A stretch of DNA of 64,000 nucleotides from Eledone cirrhosa (lineage: Eukaryota): contig OZ024741.1 of the NCBI GenBank assembly GCA_964016885.1, positions 280,922,001-280,986,000 of the forward strand, written 5' to 3'. Shown here in pieces: positions 1 to 11,260 of the stretch. Numbering within the stretch: the stretch's first letter is position 1; each line of letters starts with the position of its first letter. The notes below the pieces were generated by a model. It was given only the letters and a program-made list of their open reading frames with translations, ran no database searches and was not told where the DNA came from. The translations under genes were made by a program, and so were the position numbers.

Positions 1-148
1 AGCCAAGACTAAATGTCTTGTTTGGCTCTATTACAGTGGCACGATGACGAGCGGACACAAGCTGTGATAACCTGGGGCCCCTGCCCTTATTGCCAATTAT
101 CTCTTTTATATTGTTCTGGAACATCATTGAATTGGAAAGAAAAAAAGA

Positions 149-165
149 GTAATAATAATAGTAAC

Positions 166-210
<45 letters not shown>
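149..210. repeat. (AAT)n microsatellite
   Basis: Near-pure AAT run; it explains the poly-Asn in the 13..360 ORF. Confidence 0.95.
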
Positions 211-212
<2 letters not shown>

Positions 213-596
213 ACTATTAATAATTATTAATGCACTCGTGCAATGCCTGTGCGTGACGAATATTTTTAAAGTGAGGAAAGACTGTGCACTGAGCCAATCC
301 CACTCTCTGAGCGACAGTAGCTATAACCCGAAAAAAAGAAAAGATCAACATCATCGGTAACTACTGAGCCGCAGGTTTTATGTCGGAGTTAACCCAGTTT
401 CCTGAGATGCCTTCTCCTAGAAGAATGCCCTGACAAGGGCTAGGGGTTCTTCACTCCCAGTGGTCTAACTGCGCGATCGGGCATCCAGCCCGATTATTTC
501 TATGTCCCCGCGCAAAAAAACAAAACAAAAAAAACACTCATTTATTGACACTTATACGTACGACATGCGCACACACGCATACATACATACATATAT

Positions 597-1767
597 ATGG
601 TGGCTGCCAACTCGTTTTCGAGTACGGCCACTACTTTATATCCATGTAGGAGAACCCCTACTGATGCGCTGAACGAGTGTGACTTTTTAGTCCAGCCAGC
701 GACTTGAAAACTATGGTGACAATTACTGACACATAGTGCTGGGCCCATTGTACCCTGTGATGACAAGTGCAGAGAGATCTCCAGATATAAAGCAATGCCT
801 GTGCCGTGAAGCTTTTATAGTGAGCAAAGGCACTGCACAAAGCCAGTCCCACTCTCTTAACCAAGATGATATTTACCAAAAAGAAGAACAAGTCAACATC
901 ATTGGATACCATCAGGGTTGCAGGTGTTATATCAGAGTTTTCCTTCTAGAATTCTGCCTTGACAAATGCTAAGGGGTCATCTCCCCCGGTGATTTTGGAT
1001 GGCCATTGACTCTTAAGAGCTCCTTTGTCCTTTGACAGGTTTTGTTTTTAGTCCTGCAGGATGTCCAAAGTCACCCTCCTCACCAAGAAACCTTGGTGGG
1101 GTTGCACATACATACATACCTACATACATACCTACATATATACATACATACCTACATATATACATACATACACACATACATACCTACATACATACACACA
1201 TGGTGGCTGCCAACTCGTTTTCGAGTATGGCCACTACTTTATATCCATGTAGGAGAAGCCCTACCGATGTGTTGAACGAGTGTGACTTTTTAGTGCAGCC
1301 AGCGACTGGAAAACTGGTACAAACATGGTACATGTGATGACAAGTGCAGAGAGATCTCCAGATATGAAGCAATGCCTGTGCCGTGAAGCTTTTATAGTGA
1401 GCAAAGGCACTGCACAAAGCCAGTCCCACTCTCTTAACCAAGATGATATTTACCAAAAAGAAGAACAATTCAATATCATTGGATACCATCAGGGTTGCAG
1501 GTGTTATATCAGAGTTTTCCTTCTCCTAGAATTCTGTCTTGACAAAGGCTAAGGGGTCATCTCTCCCAGTGATTTTGGATGGCCATTGACTCTTAAGAGC
1601 TCCTTTGCCCTTTGACAGGTTTTGTTTTTAGTCCTGCAGGATGTCCAAAGTCACCCTCCTCACCAAGAAACCTTGGTGGGGTTGCCAGTTTAGTCGCCAA
1701 CGACCCGACCATGAGACAGGTTGTACTGGGATACATGTTACCAGTAGCACCAACTGGTGACCTGACA
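597..1767 (-). mobile_element. Two tandem copies (597-1104, 5'-truncated; 1199-1767) of a ~570-bp non-coding retroposon, probably a non-autonomous RTE derivative, plus a diverged third fragment at ~240-500
   Basis: Direct repeat visible in the sequence. On the minus strand each copy ends in a (TATG)n/(TG)n tail. It contains CTAGGAGAAGGAAAACTCTGAT, which resembles RTE 5'-UTR sequence (recalled, not searched). No credible ORF. Confidence 0.65.
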
Positions 1768-1988
1768 TATATACATACATACACACATACCTACATATAT
1801 ACATACATACATACCTACATATATACATATATATACATACATACATATACATACATAGATACATACATATACATACATAGATACATACATACATACATAC
1901 ATATATATATACATATAAATATCCATATATATATACATATAAATATCCATATATACATATAAATATACATATATACATATAAATATAC

Positions 1989-2027
<39 letters not shown>
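1768..2027. repeat. Compound (TACA)n/(TA)n microsatellite
   Basis: Directly visible; source of the spurious YIYI/MYVC ORFs. Confidence 0.95.
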
Positions 2028-3055
2028 CAAGTGGAAGCTTAGTAAAATCGAAGCTTTGGCTGCGGCCAAGGAAAGTCATAGAGAGAGAGAGAGAGAGAGA
2101 ATAAGCACATACATAACAGCACAGTAATATATATATATATATTTCCACCAGGACCGGATACACGAAACATAAACAAACACACTGTACGTAAAGGCGCACG
2201 TGTTTGTACAGATACACACACATACGGCCGAGCATAGCATACACACAGAAAGACCATTTATATAATTTGACTAAAAAGAAACGAAAACAGTTAATAAAGA
2301 CGATCAAAATGTTTACCCGACTAAAGACATTGTCACAATTATTATTTCTACACACAATATCCCTGCTCACCCGAACCATTATATTTAAAGCAATGCAGAC
2401 AGACGAAACGAGGAATCAATTAAAGGAACGAATACTGTTTTGATAGCTATGTTTATTTTTTTTTAAAATTCTATTGACATTTTATGTCATTAAGTTGGAA
2501 AGTACAGTTAGCCAGCCAGTCATACTATAGATTTTGATCAATAAAACATTTTCGCTTTTTGACTGTTTTAAACGTATTTAAAATTTTGTATTATTTTAAT
2601 GAACATAATTTTTTTCACTTCTGGAAAGAGAGAAGAGAAAAATTCGTGCCGATGACCTTCGCATGCTCTGGTTCTCCGAAATATATATATATACATAAAT
2701 ACGTAAGCATGTGTGTGTATGAATTAAATCTAAAAATGAAAGTGCACTTAAACTAACAGGACATTATACACACATGTATCCGATAAGCGCATGAACTTAT
2801 AATGTTACTTTTGATGTTTGTAATTTAAAACAAACAAAAAAACATCATAATTACAAAGTACACGCACTTTGCCGGTTTATTATTAATATCATTATCATCA
2901 TTATTATATCTCATTATAATTCCTCTCATTATTATCATCATCATTATTATTATTATTATTAATATTATTATCATTATATCTGGCCCTCCCTTTTCTTTTT
3001 TTTTTTTTTTTTAAGGTGAGGATGAATACGTGAAAGAAATAATGAAAATATATAC

Positions 3056-3286
3056 CAGAAGAACTAAATTTCGATCCCGTATCCTTCGTCGAAATCCGGC
3101 GTTCATCTTACGATTCTGTACAGTGTCTGAAATTAAAGCTTCTTGAGATTTCCAGCGCCGAATATTTTTCCTATGTACTCCACATTCCCTAGCAGTTTTA
3201 GCAACATTTCCATTGTTTTCACGAAGCATTTTAAGGACACTATTTTTAAACATCAACGGATAGCTTTTTCGTTTATCGTCAGCCAT
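3056..3286 (-). CDS. Brinker/pogo-type helix-turn-helix DNA-binding domain (N-terminus of a pogo transposase, or first exon of a domesticated pogo-derived gene)
   Basis: MADDKRKSYPLMFKNSVLKMLRENNGNVAKTARECGVHRKNIRRWKSQ fits the BrkDBD pattern (RxSYxxxFKxxV...N...AR.FGV.R..IR.W). The 77 codons are uninterrupted and followed by a possible donor CTG|GTATAT at 3055. A CCAAT box lies ~140 bp upstream. No DDE domain seen. Confidence 0.55.
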
Positions 3287-3896
3287 GTTGAATAAATAAA
3301 CAAATATATATACATACATATGTATGTGTGTATAAATACACAAACATATATACAGACATAAAATATATGTGTTTATGTCTGTATCTCTACTGTGTATGCG
3401 TTTAACACAATATCGATCTCTCAGCTGATTGGCCGCTTAAAAGAAAGATTTCAAATAGATTTATAACAGAATAATCTTTACATCCATTAATAGAATTGTG
3501 GAATGCTCATGTTTCCTGTATAGAAAACGGTGAAAAACAACGAAAAATAAATTATTTAGCACTGCACTAATTGTTATTATGTTGTAGAATGGAGTTTGCA
3601 TCCAAGTTTCTACTTTAATTGCATCGCTAATGCCCTTGAGAAAAGTATGACCGTCGTGCTATCTTATTCATTAACCACTTCTCTATCTCAGGACTTGTAT
3701 CTGTCTAATAAATTATTAGTAAAATAATATCAACAACGTTAATAAAAGGGCAGTCAGGCCATTGATGGTGAAAGATAGAAAAATAAATTGATAAAGAAAA
3801 AAAGATTTTTCATCGATAGTGGTTTTTTTAATACGCGTTTCCAATCATTCAAATCGACGAGTAGAAAGGCAGTCACGGTCGTATGTTGGACTAAAC

Positions 3897-4110
3897 TGCC
3901 TTGGTGGAATGGCAGAATTGGTAGAGCGTCGGATAAAATGCCATTGCAGCATTTGTTCTGGATCTTTTACATTCTGAGTTCAAATCAGGCCTTTTATCTC
4001 TCCGGGGTCTATAAAATAAAGTATCAGTCATGTACTGAAGTTGGTTTAATCAACTTGGCCATGCCCCCAAAACGTACTGGCTTTGTGACTAAATTAGAAA
4101 TCAATATTTA
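3897..4110 (+). mobile_element. tRNA-derived SINE with Meta/MESC-type domain (diverged copy)
   Basis: A-box-like TGGCAGAATTGG, B-box GAGTTCAAATC, then GCCTTTTATC..CCGGGGTC.ATAAAATAAAGTA and a CTTTGTG..TAAATTAGAAA tail. Confidence 0.8.
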
Positions 4111-4436
4111 GTTTCGACACTACGTTCTGAGTTCAAATCCTTCGGGAAATGATTTTGGCATTCAATCCTTTAGGGTAAATGAAACGGTACTACTTAGAAT
4201 GATCGATTCAAATAACTATAATAATCCTCGCCTACAAATCTCTGGCCGTGTGTGACAATATTAAAAGCCATCAATAGTGGCGAGTTGCGTGCTGTTGCGT
4301 CATAAAGGGAGGCTCCAGGCCTTGTTTCAATCCTTGGATGAAGCAATTATGACCACCACAACATCCTATTTCGTCTTTGTCCTCCACAAAAAGGAAACAG
4401 TACGGAAAGATGGTAGAAGTGGTTGAAACAGCACAG

Positions 4437-4583
4437 CAGTCATGAGCAAACTACGGCCCATTTGGTCTTTCTGAATGGCACACCTAATTTCAAATTTGCC
4501 TTGAACTTTTTATTAGTGCAGCCCGCCTTATAATGAGCCACCTTACATGCAGCCCACTACTCGGAAAAGGTTGCCCATGCCTG
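4437..4583. mobile_element. Small hAT-like MITE
   Basis: Imperfect terminal inverted repeats CAGTCATGAGCAAACT / AGGTTGCCCATGCCTG. Confidence 0.5.
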
Positions 4584-5127
4584 CAGTAGAGTATCAAACT
4601 AAAATTTTAAATATTGAGTCCCATATTTTAGTTCAAATGTACGTATTGTAAATCTTGGTGGAGTCGTAAGGGTGCCGTGTCTTGGACATTTTAAACCTGG
4701 TAGAGCTCATCTTCTCCCCAGGTCTGACCACAGCCGATTCTTTCTAGATAAAGAAAGAAGGAGATAGAGGGGAAGTGAGAATAATATATACAGGAAGAAT
4801 CGACCCCAATACTGGACTGGTACTTTTTTTATCGATCTTTCAACGAGTGCTCCTTTTTGATCGATCAACGAGACTGTCTATTCCCGAAATTAACGTGTAA
4901 GTGACTGAGCATTCCACTTGGTTCTTTGAATTACGATGAACTTTCAAAGTTTCCGTCTATATAATTTCACTCACAAAGCATGGGCTGACTCGAGGTTATG
5001 GTAAATAACATGGACAAGTGAGGGTACATGCTGTATCGAATGAAATAAAAGACATGATCACTGGTTTAAGATTCCCATATATCGACTCATCGATCTGAAC
5101 CAGCTACATAAACAGTATATACGTCCT

Positions 5128-6136
5128 TCAAAATGTATGTTCCGGTTTCTGAAGTTGTACAACATCGAACGAAACACTGCTTGGGAGAATATTCAATTCA
5201 TAATTTAGCGAGTTCAATATTCTGGGCGGGCCACAGCCTGTCTGTCTGTTGACATCTAAACGATCTGGTACGTAACATGCAACCTGGTGCATTTGGTGAC
5301 AGACATAGGTAGTCTTCCGTTGCCTGACAAGCTGAAGATCGCTAGTTGTTGAAATATCTCCAATAGGTTTGTTGTTGAACCTATAGCAGTGGAGACCTCT
5401 GGCATTATTAGCCTCCAAACCACCTCTTAACTCACTGCTATCAGGGTGGAGTGAGTCCTGGCTGCCAGCTGGAATGGCTACTTCAACACGTCTTCCTTGC
5501 TATAACATTTTCTCTATTCTGCCCGCTAGGACAACGAGGTGGCTTGCACCTGGAACTTTGCACGCTAGCGAGCCTTTTCCCCACACCATTCGGGCTCGTT
5601 GAATATTCTGTCTCGTATTTTTGCTGTATTTAGACATCATTGTTGCTATCATTTACTTTCACGTATGTAATTAGTAAATGTTATAAACACAACGTTTAGC
5701 AAGAAAATTAGGAACTCTTTAATGTAGTAAAGGTTCATTCAATACATTGTTGACCATTTCATCACTGTTGTCAGAAGACGTAGCTTACGAGGCTGGCGTG
5801 AACAGGTTCTATTCAACACTGATTAGTCAGACAAGCATGAAGCTTACAAGACTTGTGTGAACGAGTTCTATTTATACCAATCAATTACACAAATGCATGG
5901 AGCTTACGAGGCAGGCGTGAATGAGTTTTATTTATACTGACTAATTACACATATACACACAAAGCTCGAGGATGGCGTGAACGTGTTCTATTTAACACTG
6001 ACCAATTACACACACAGACAGAATGACGCTTATGCATTTTAGGTTTCGTGCCTGTATAGGTAAATAGTTCTGGTTGCAGTCCACTGCAGCTTAGTCCGAC
6101 GACAGCCACCAAGGCACAACACTACAGCACAATTCT
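5128..6136 (-). mobile_element. Probable LTR-retrotransposon remnant: LTR-like segment ~5767-6136 (with a ~60-bp unit repeated 4 times) followed on the minus strand by a decayed internal fragment
   Basis: Minus-strand TG...ACAACA ends; 4 degenerate ~60-bp repeats at 5782-6010; GC-richer adjacent sequence with a faint zinc-knuckle-like HCYRFN. No clear primer-binding site. Confidence 0.35.
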
Positions 6137-6899
6137 CTTCTATTTGACACAGGTTAATACAAGGTGTTGTGCGTCGGCGAATTGGTAAAGTCGTTCCTGC
6201 TGAGTTCATATCCCGCCGACATTAACTTTACCTTTCATATTTTCGAGGTCGATAAGAAAAAAAAAATTCTTCTCTCTCACTCCTTTCCAGGAATAAATCG
6301 GTTGGGTTCCGACAGGAAGTGGGGAACGGCTCGACCAGTTTTAAAAAGTGCCCAGGTCACGATGTATGCACGACGGTGCCGCTACGAGTTCATCAGGAGT
6401 TCGAAGTCAATACATACATACATTACAAAACGCACATATCTGATTGCAAAATGTATGAAACATGACTTAACCGCTGGGACTGTTACAATCAACTCCTGCG
6501 TGACAATATATAGTCCAGATTGGTGCAGGAATTTGTGGCCAGTTCACTCACCCCCGGTCAGTAATTTCATGGGATTTTGGACAGTTTCCCTACACCCTCC
6601 GACCAGCTATGACAACGGTTGCTAAACAACAATAACAATTATTACAGCAACTGAAATGACGCAAAATGAGTAAATAAATTACCAGACTAGTTCGTTTTAT
6701 ACTTTCATACAGTTTGCATTACATCTCTGAATTAAAATCCCGAAAGAAACACCTACGTCATCACTTCTTGAAACAAAAAACAGAAAGCCACCACACTTGT
6801 TATAGTTACCTCCCACAACCCCCTCTCTTAAAATCTGTTGCGATTTTTAATAAAATGCTTGCAATAAAAAAAAAAATAATAATAACGAATGTAAAGGGA

Positions 6900-7195
6900 G
6901 AAGCAAACTCTACATCACAGTCTAGGTGGTATATCACAGCTGCACCCGCACAGAAAATGGTGAAGGTATTGCCACGAAGAATAGCCAACAACACCCGCTG
7001 CCAGCCACTATACCTGACGGGGCTCCTTCCTCAGACAGAATACATTCGTCTTTTTTTTTTGTGTGTGCAGAGGAAAACGACAGTTTCGAGACCGATGACA
7101 CCAGAGGTCTCGACGGTGATCGGCACAAAAAGGAAGCGATCGGTCAAGTCTTGGTATTTTAGCTTGCAGCCGATTTCTTCAGCCATACCATTCTT
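6900..7195 (-). mobile_element. 3' fragment of a CRE-like non-LTR retrotransposon (restriction-like endonuclease domain)
   Basis: Minus-strand translation AEE..CKLKYQDLTDRFLFVPITVETSGVIG...WQRVLLAILRGNTFTI matches the RLE C-terminal pattern KY...F.P.AVET.G..G...QR.S.AI.RGNA. Frameshifted. Confidence 0.7.
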
Positions 7196-7993
7196 ATAAG
7201 ATGTGTATAGGCCCCATCCTGGAGAAATTAATAAATGTATGTATGTAACATTTTAACGAAAAGATGTCCATGATAAACATGTGTGCATACATAGCTATTG
7301 CAATTGTTTTGTTTTATATCCTAACACTGCATTTTAGACACGACTGAAATCAACGCTAATAGAGTGAAAACAAGCTTGAATTAAAAACAAAACATCATTA
7401 AATATTATTTTCATGAATTTCCTTATTCGTTTATTTAGTAACTAGTTTTTTTTTAGTTAAGTTAAATATATATATATATATTTTTCGTAGATATTAGTGA
7501 CCCATGAGATGAGGCAAGAGCTCAACTACTATTTCTCAGGCATTACGTATGGTATGGTTCAGTAACTGCCGATGGAGTCGTAGGGCATTTTAATCATGGC
7601 GGAGCCTACCCCTCTCTAAGTCTGAGTACAGCAGATGTCTTCCAGAGAAGGATAGAAAATGAGAGAGGGAAAGTGAGAAAGAGATATAGAAGAAGAATCG
7701 ACGCCAGTACTAGACTGGTACTTTTTTTTTATTGACCTCGAAAAGATGAAAAGCAAAGTTGTCCTCGGTGGGATTTGAACTCAGTGAGCCGGAACGAATA
7801 CCAGAAAGTACTCTATCCGACGTTCTAACGACTCTTCCATGCATTACGTAGATGAGACAAATTTCAATCTGAACAAAATGCTGGTTGATGTATTGCGGTA
7901 ACTTTCACAGACAGACCAACCCTTTTAATACCAAATAGACCCAATTCTATGATGACCAAACCTCGTTTTAAAGTATTTATATTTAAATAAAAA

Positions 7994-8179
7994 ATAATTG
8001 TTTCTACTTTAGGCACAATGCCAGCAATTACCCAGTGCATTACTGGTACTTTATTTTATCGACCCCGTAAGGATGAAAGGCAAAGTCAACCTCAGCGGGA
8101 TTTGAACTCAGATCGTAAAGGGACGTAAATATGCTGGAAAGCATGGCGTCCGACCCTCTACCGATACTGCCAATCCACC
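7994..8179 (-). mobile_element. Young tRNA-derived SINE (short-tail family)
   Basis: Nearly the reverse complement of the copy at 49320-49504; A/B boxes and Meta-type domain present. Confidence 0.9.
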
Positions 8180-8292
8180 AAAAATAATATTATGAAAGAA
8201 TACTTACACCAGCTCAATAATATGGTTAGTTAATTTACTAAATCTCTGAACTGAGGTAAGAGAGAGTCAACCGCTCTGTATTTTCTTCTTTT

Positions 8293-8592
8293 AGTCCCGT
8301 AACTCCTGATGGAATCATAGAGGCGCCGTATTGGCATACGGCGTATCTTGGGCATTTTAAGCCTGGCCGAGCCTATCTCCTCTCCAGATCTGAGTACAGC
8401 AGATTTTTTTCCAGAGAAGAATAGAAAGTGAGAAAGAGATATAGAGGAACAATCGACCCCAGTACTAGACTGGTACTTTTTTTATTGACCACGAAAGGCA
8501 AAGTTGTCCTCGGCGGGATTTGAACTTAGAGACGAAACGAATACCGCAAAGTATTCTATCCGACGTTCTAACGACTCTGCAAATTCGCCGCC
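8293..8592 (-). mobile_element. tRNA-derived SINE, long-tail family (related copies at ~4660-4835, 7570-7840, 9775-9990, 41675-41965, 44990-45295, 47790-48090, 52840-53085)
   Basis: Same head and middle domain as the short family, but a different tail (CT-rich tract, CTGGAGAGGAGAT.GGCTC.GCCAGG, GGAGTTACGGGAC). Confidence 0.8.
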
Positions 8593-8701
8593 TTGCTTTG
8601 TATTTTAGAAGGGGACAAAAGACAATAATCAGGTGGTGAAAATCAATAAATAATCTTCCCAAATCTCGATTGCCCAAACTCCAATAAATAAACACACTAA
8701 C

Positions 8702-10304
8702 GTGATTTTTGTAGTTACAGAAAAGCAATGAAAATTCATTGGTTAGGATTTTTGCATTTTCTTTTTTAGTATTTACGACCAAATCCTTTTGCTTTTCAGA
8801 ACGATCGATCAATCAGCGATCGACTTTCAATGCAGAATTGATTTTGTTCCGATGAAAATAGCAATGTTTCAGCCAATATCACCTTATGTGCTATCTTCAT
8901 CAAGGTTTTCAATAAACTATTTGACAGGCTGATTGTACTCTTAGGATATACTGATTTATCAAAATAATAATCACTCATGTTCCGTTTTTTACTCCACAGA
9001 CGATTTTTCAGATTATTTTTCCCAGTTTGAATATTTATAGTATATGAATCTTTGCTGGTTTGCACTCACTCCTATATAGTTGATTTCCACAGTTTCAGCT
9101 TAGTATATTATCTGACTTGTCAAATCGATGGTCTAACATTCGGGAGCATACACTCACACTTGAAACATGCAAAGATAAAAGATATATCAGCAAAAGGCAA
9201 ATCAAAACACATCTCGATGCACTATATTAATGCAAAGTAGAGAATATATAGCATTGTAAATGGCGCTAGCAGACCTGCCAACCTCTAAAAATCCAAACGA
9301 AGAGTACCATAAAAAAGTGTTCCAAAATGGGGAGATTTTACATAATGAAAGTTATACCCATTTTCACAAAAACGGGGAGACGGGGAGAAATGAGCCAAAA
9401 CGGGGAGACGGGGAGAAATGAGCCAAAACGGGGAGACGGGGAGAAATGAGCCAAAACGAGAACTCCCCGACGGAGGGGAGAGTTGACAGATCTGCGCTAG
9501 CTTCAAAAACTTGCAAAAGGCAAAATACACGAAGAAATAGATTGAAAAACAAACATTGAAGCTAATTAAAGGTATACTAGAGTGTTACCTGTCATATGAC
9601 AGGTCGATTTGGAAGTATACGTTTGCTATTGTATATAAAAGTAAATACACTAAAAATGTATAAATGTATTAATAGAAATCAATATATTCACTATGATTGT
9701 ATTTGACTAAATGATTCTCCATTATACTGTTCACACTACAATACTACATGTATGTAAAATGAACCCATAACTTCTGGTGGAGGCGTTTCTTGGGCATTTT
9801 AAAAAACCTGGCGGAGCCCATCTCCTCTCCAGGTGAGAACACAGGCGATTTCTTCCAGAGAAAGAGAGAAGTGAGAAAAAGATATAGTATGCAAGACTGG
9901 TACTTTATTCATCGACCTCGAAAGGATGAAAGATAAAGTTAACCTCGGAACGAAGAGAGCCAAAATAAATACTGCAAGGCATTCTATCAACATATGTTAA
10001 TTTCCCTCTTCAACGAAGAGAGAGTGAAATGAAAACCTAACTTTGTACAACCAACAAAAGTATTCAGTCATACCAGGAGACAATTACTTGTGTGTATGTA
10101 TGCACATGTTTGTGTGAAGCGCTCTTTAGCTTCATTCTTCTATCTCTCACTTTTGCCAATATACACTATTTACAATAAATAAATCATTTTAATTCTGACG
10201 TTATCCACCCCACTATAAACATACAAACACCAGTTATAAATTTCTTCACTCCTTTCCGCAAGAAGTTTCGCCAAATCTCGTTCAGTCATTTGTATACAAT
10301 CCAC
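8702..10304 (-). pseudogene. Possible highly diverged tektin-like exon remnants (10231-10304 and ~8702-9065)
   Basis: An exon-like segment after TTTTCAG reads VDCIQMTERDLAKLLAERSEEIYNW (cf. tektin TQ.D....L.ER..DI..W). A second segment SKDSYTINIQTG...SRSLIDRSEKQKDLVVNTKKENAKILTNEFSLLFCNYKNH ends at a GTTAGT donor but is frameshifted by a GATC duplication at ~8803-8810. Similarity judged by eye only. Confidence 0.25.
9270..9494. mobile_element. MITE with CAGACCTGCCAAC TIRs, 6-bp target-site duplication and an internal 28-bp tandem repeat (x3)
   Basis: TIRs CAGACCTGCCAAC / GTTGACAGATCTG; CGCTAG on both flanks; AAAACGGGGAGACGGGGAGAAATGAGCC three times. Confidence 0.85.
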
Positions 10305-10769
10305 CTGAAAATATGGCCAAAAAGATGACACACATCGACTGCATTTATGTAAGATTGTCAGACCATGAAACCTACGTTTGCACAATGAATTTTCAAATTA
10401 TATATATAACATACAAAGAGTTGACAGTACCCCCCAGTCATAATGGTAATCGACACAATAAATGCACAGAGTACATGTTGTAAAGTGGTGATAGTAAAGG
10501 CATCCAGCCATGGAAAATTTGCCAAAAGGGTTTGTAGACCCCTCAGTTGTATCAAGGTCATGACAACCTCTCCTGTGCACTCGGTAGAACGTGAAACAGT
10601 ACACAAATCAGATGCAGATCCCTGGCCTATCTGGGAGATCAGTGGCACCGCTTCAATACTGACTTGGTCTGTCAGGACCTGTCCAACTCTTGCTAGCAAG
10701 GAAAGCAAATGTTAAAACAACGATGATCATACAAACACACACACACACATATATATATATAGAGAGAGA

Positions 10770-11260
10770 GAAAGAACTCCGTATCTACAACGTATTGGTC
10801 CTCTCCAGTCTTCTATATGGAACAGAAACACGGCCCCTTATGAAGACTTTGGCAAAGACGATGGATAGCTTTGATAGCAGAGCCCTGAGGACCATCAAGA
10901 ATATCAGATGGTATCATCATGTTTCCAATAAAGAGCTGTGTGTATGTACGCATAATCCTGCAGCCTGCTGCGCTGGTACGGACATGTCCTCTGCCTCTCA
11001 CCAGATCATCCTACCAACGCCTTACTCTTGTTCTATGCAGCAGCTGCAGGCTGGAAAGGGCCCCGCACCAGATGGCTTGATGTGATTAAGGAAGATCCCC
11101 AGAGGCTCAGCGTCAAATTGGAGGATGCAGAGGGGCTGGTAGGCAACCACCTGTGATAGAGGGCACTGGTGGACCTGGTTGGCTCTGCATACAATGATGC
11201 CTCAGGGATCGCTGACCTAGGATGACCCCAATCCCATCAAGCAAGAGCAAAAAAAAAAGA
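10770..11260 (+). mobile_element. RTE LINE 3' fragment
   Basis: LRIYNVLVLSSLLYGTET..L....DSFDSRALRTIKNIRWYHHVSNKEL, then LRWYGH in another frame; A-rich tail. Confidence 0.85.

Noticed and set aside
1655-1767. Canonical HDV-like ribozyme at the retroposon 5' end
   Set aside because: P3/L3-like (ACC-TGTCTCAT-GGT), J4/2-like (CTAA) and P1-like pieces exist, but not in the required nested order.
13-2443. Many ORF-track calls (poly-N, YIHT and MYVC peptides)
   Set aside because: Translations of microsatellites and of a non-coding repeat.
5782-6010. CRISPR-like array
   Set aside because: Whole units are homologous (no unique spacers), the context is eukaryotic, and there are no cas genes. The same applies to 9369-9452 and 39481-39662.
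6470-6590. NLWPVHSPPVSNFMGFW resembling the Tc1/mariner WPxxSPDLNPxD.W motif
   Set aside because: Too short and degenerate to call with confidence.
9587-9604. Perfect 18-bp palindrome ACCTGTCATATGACAGGT
   Set aside because: Single occurrence with no supporting context.
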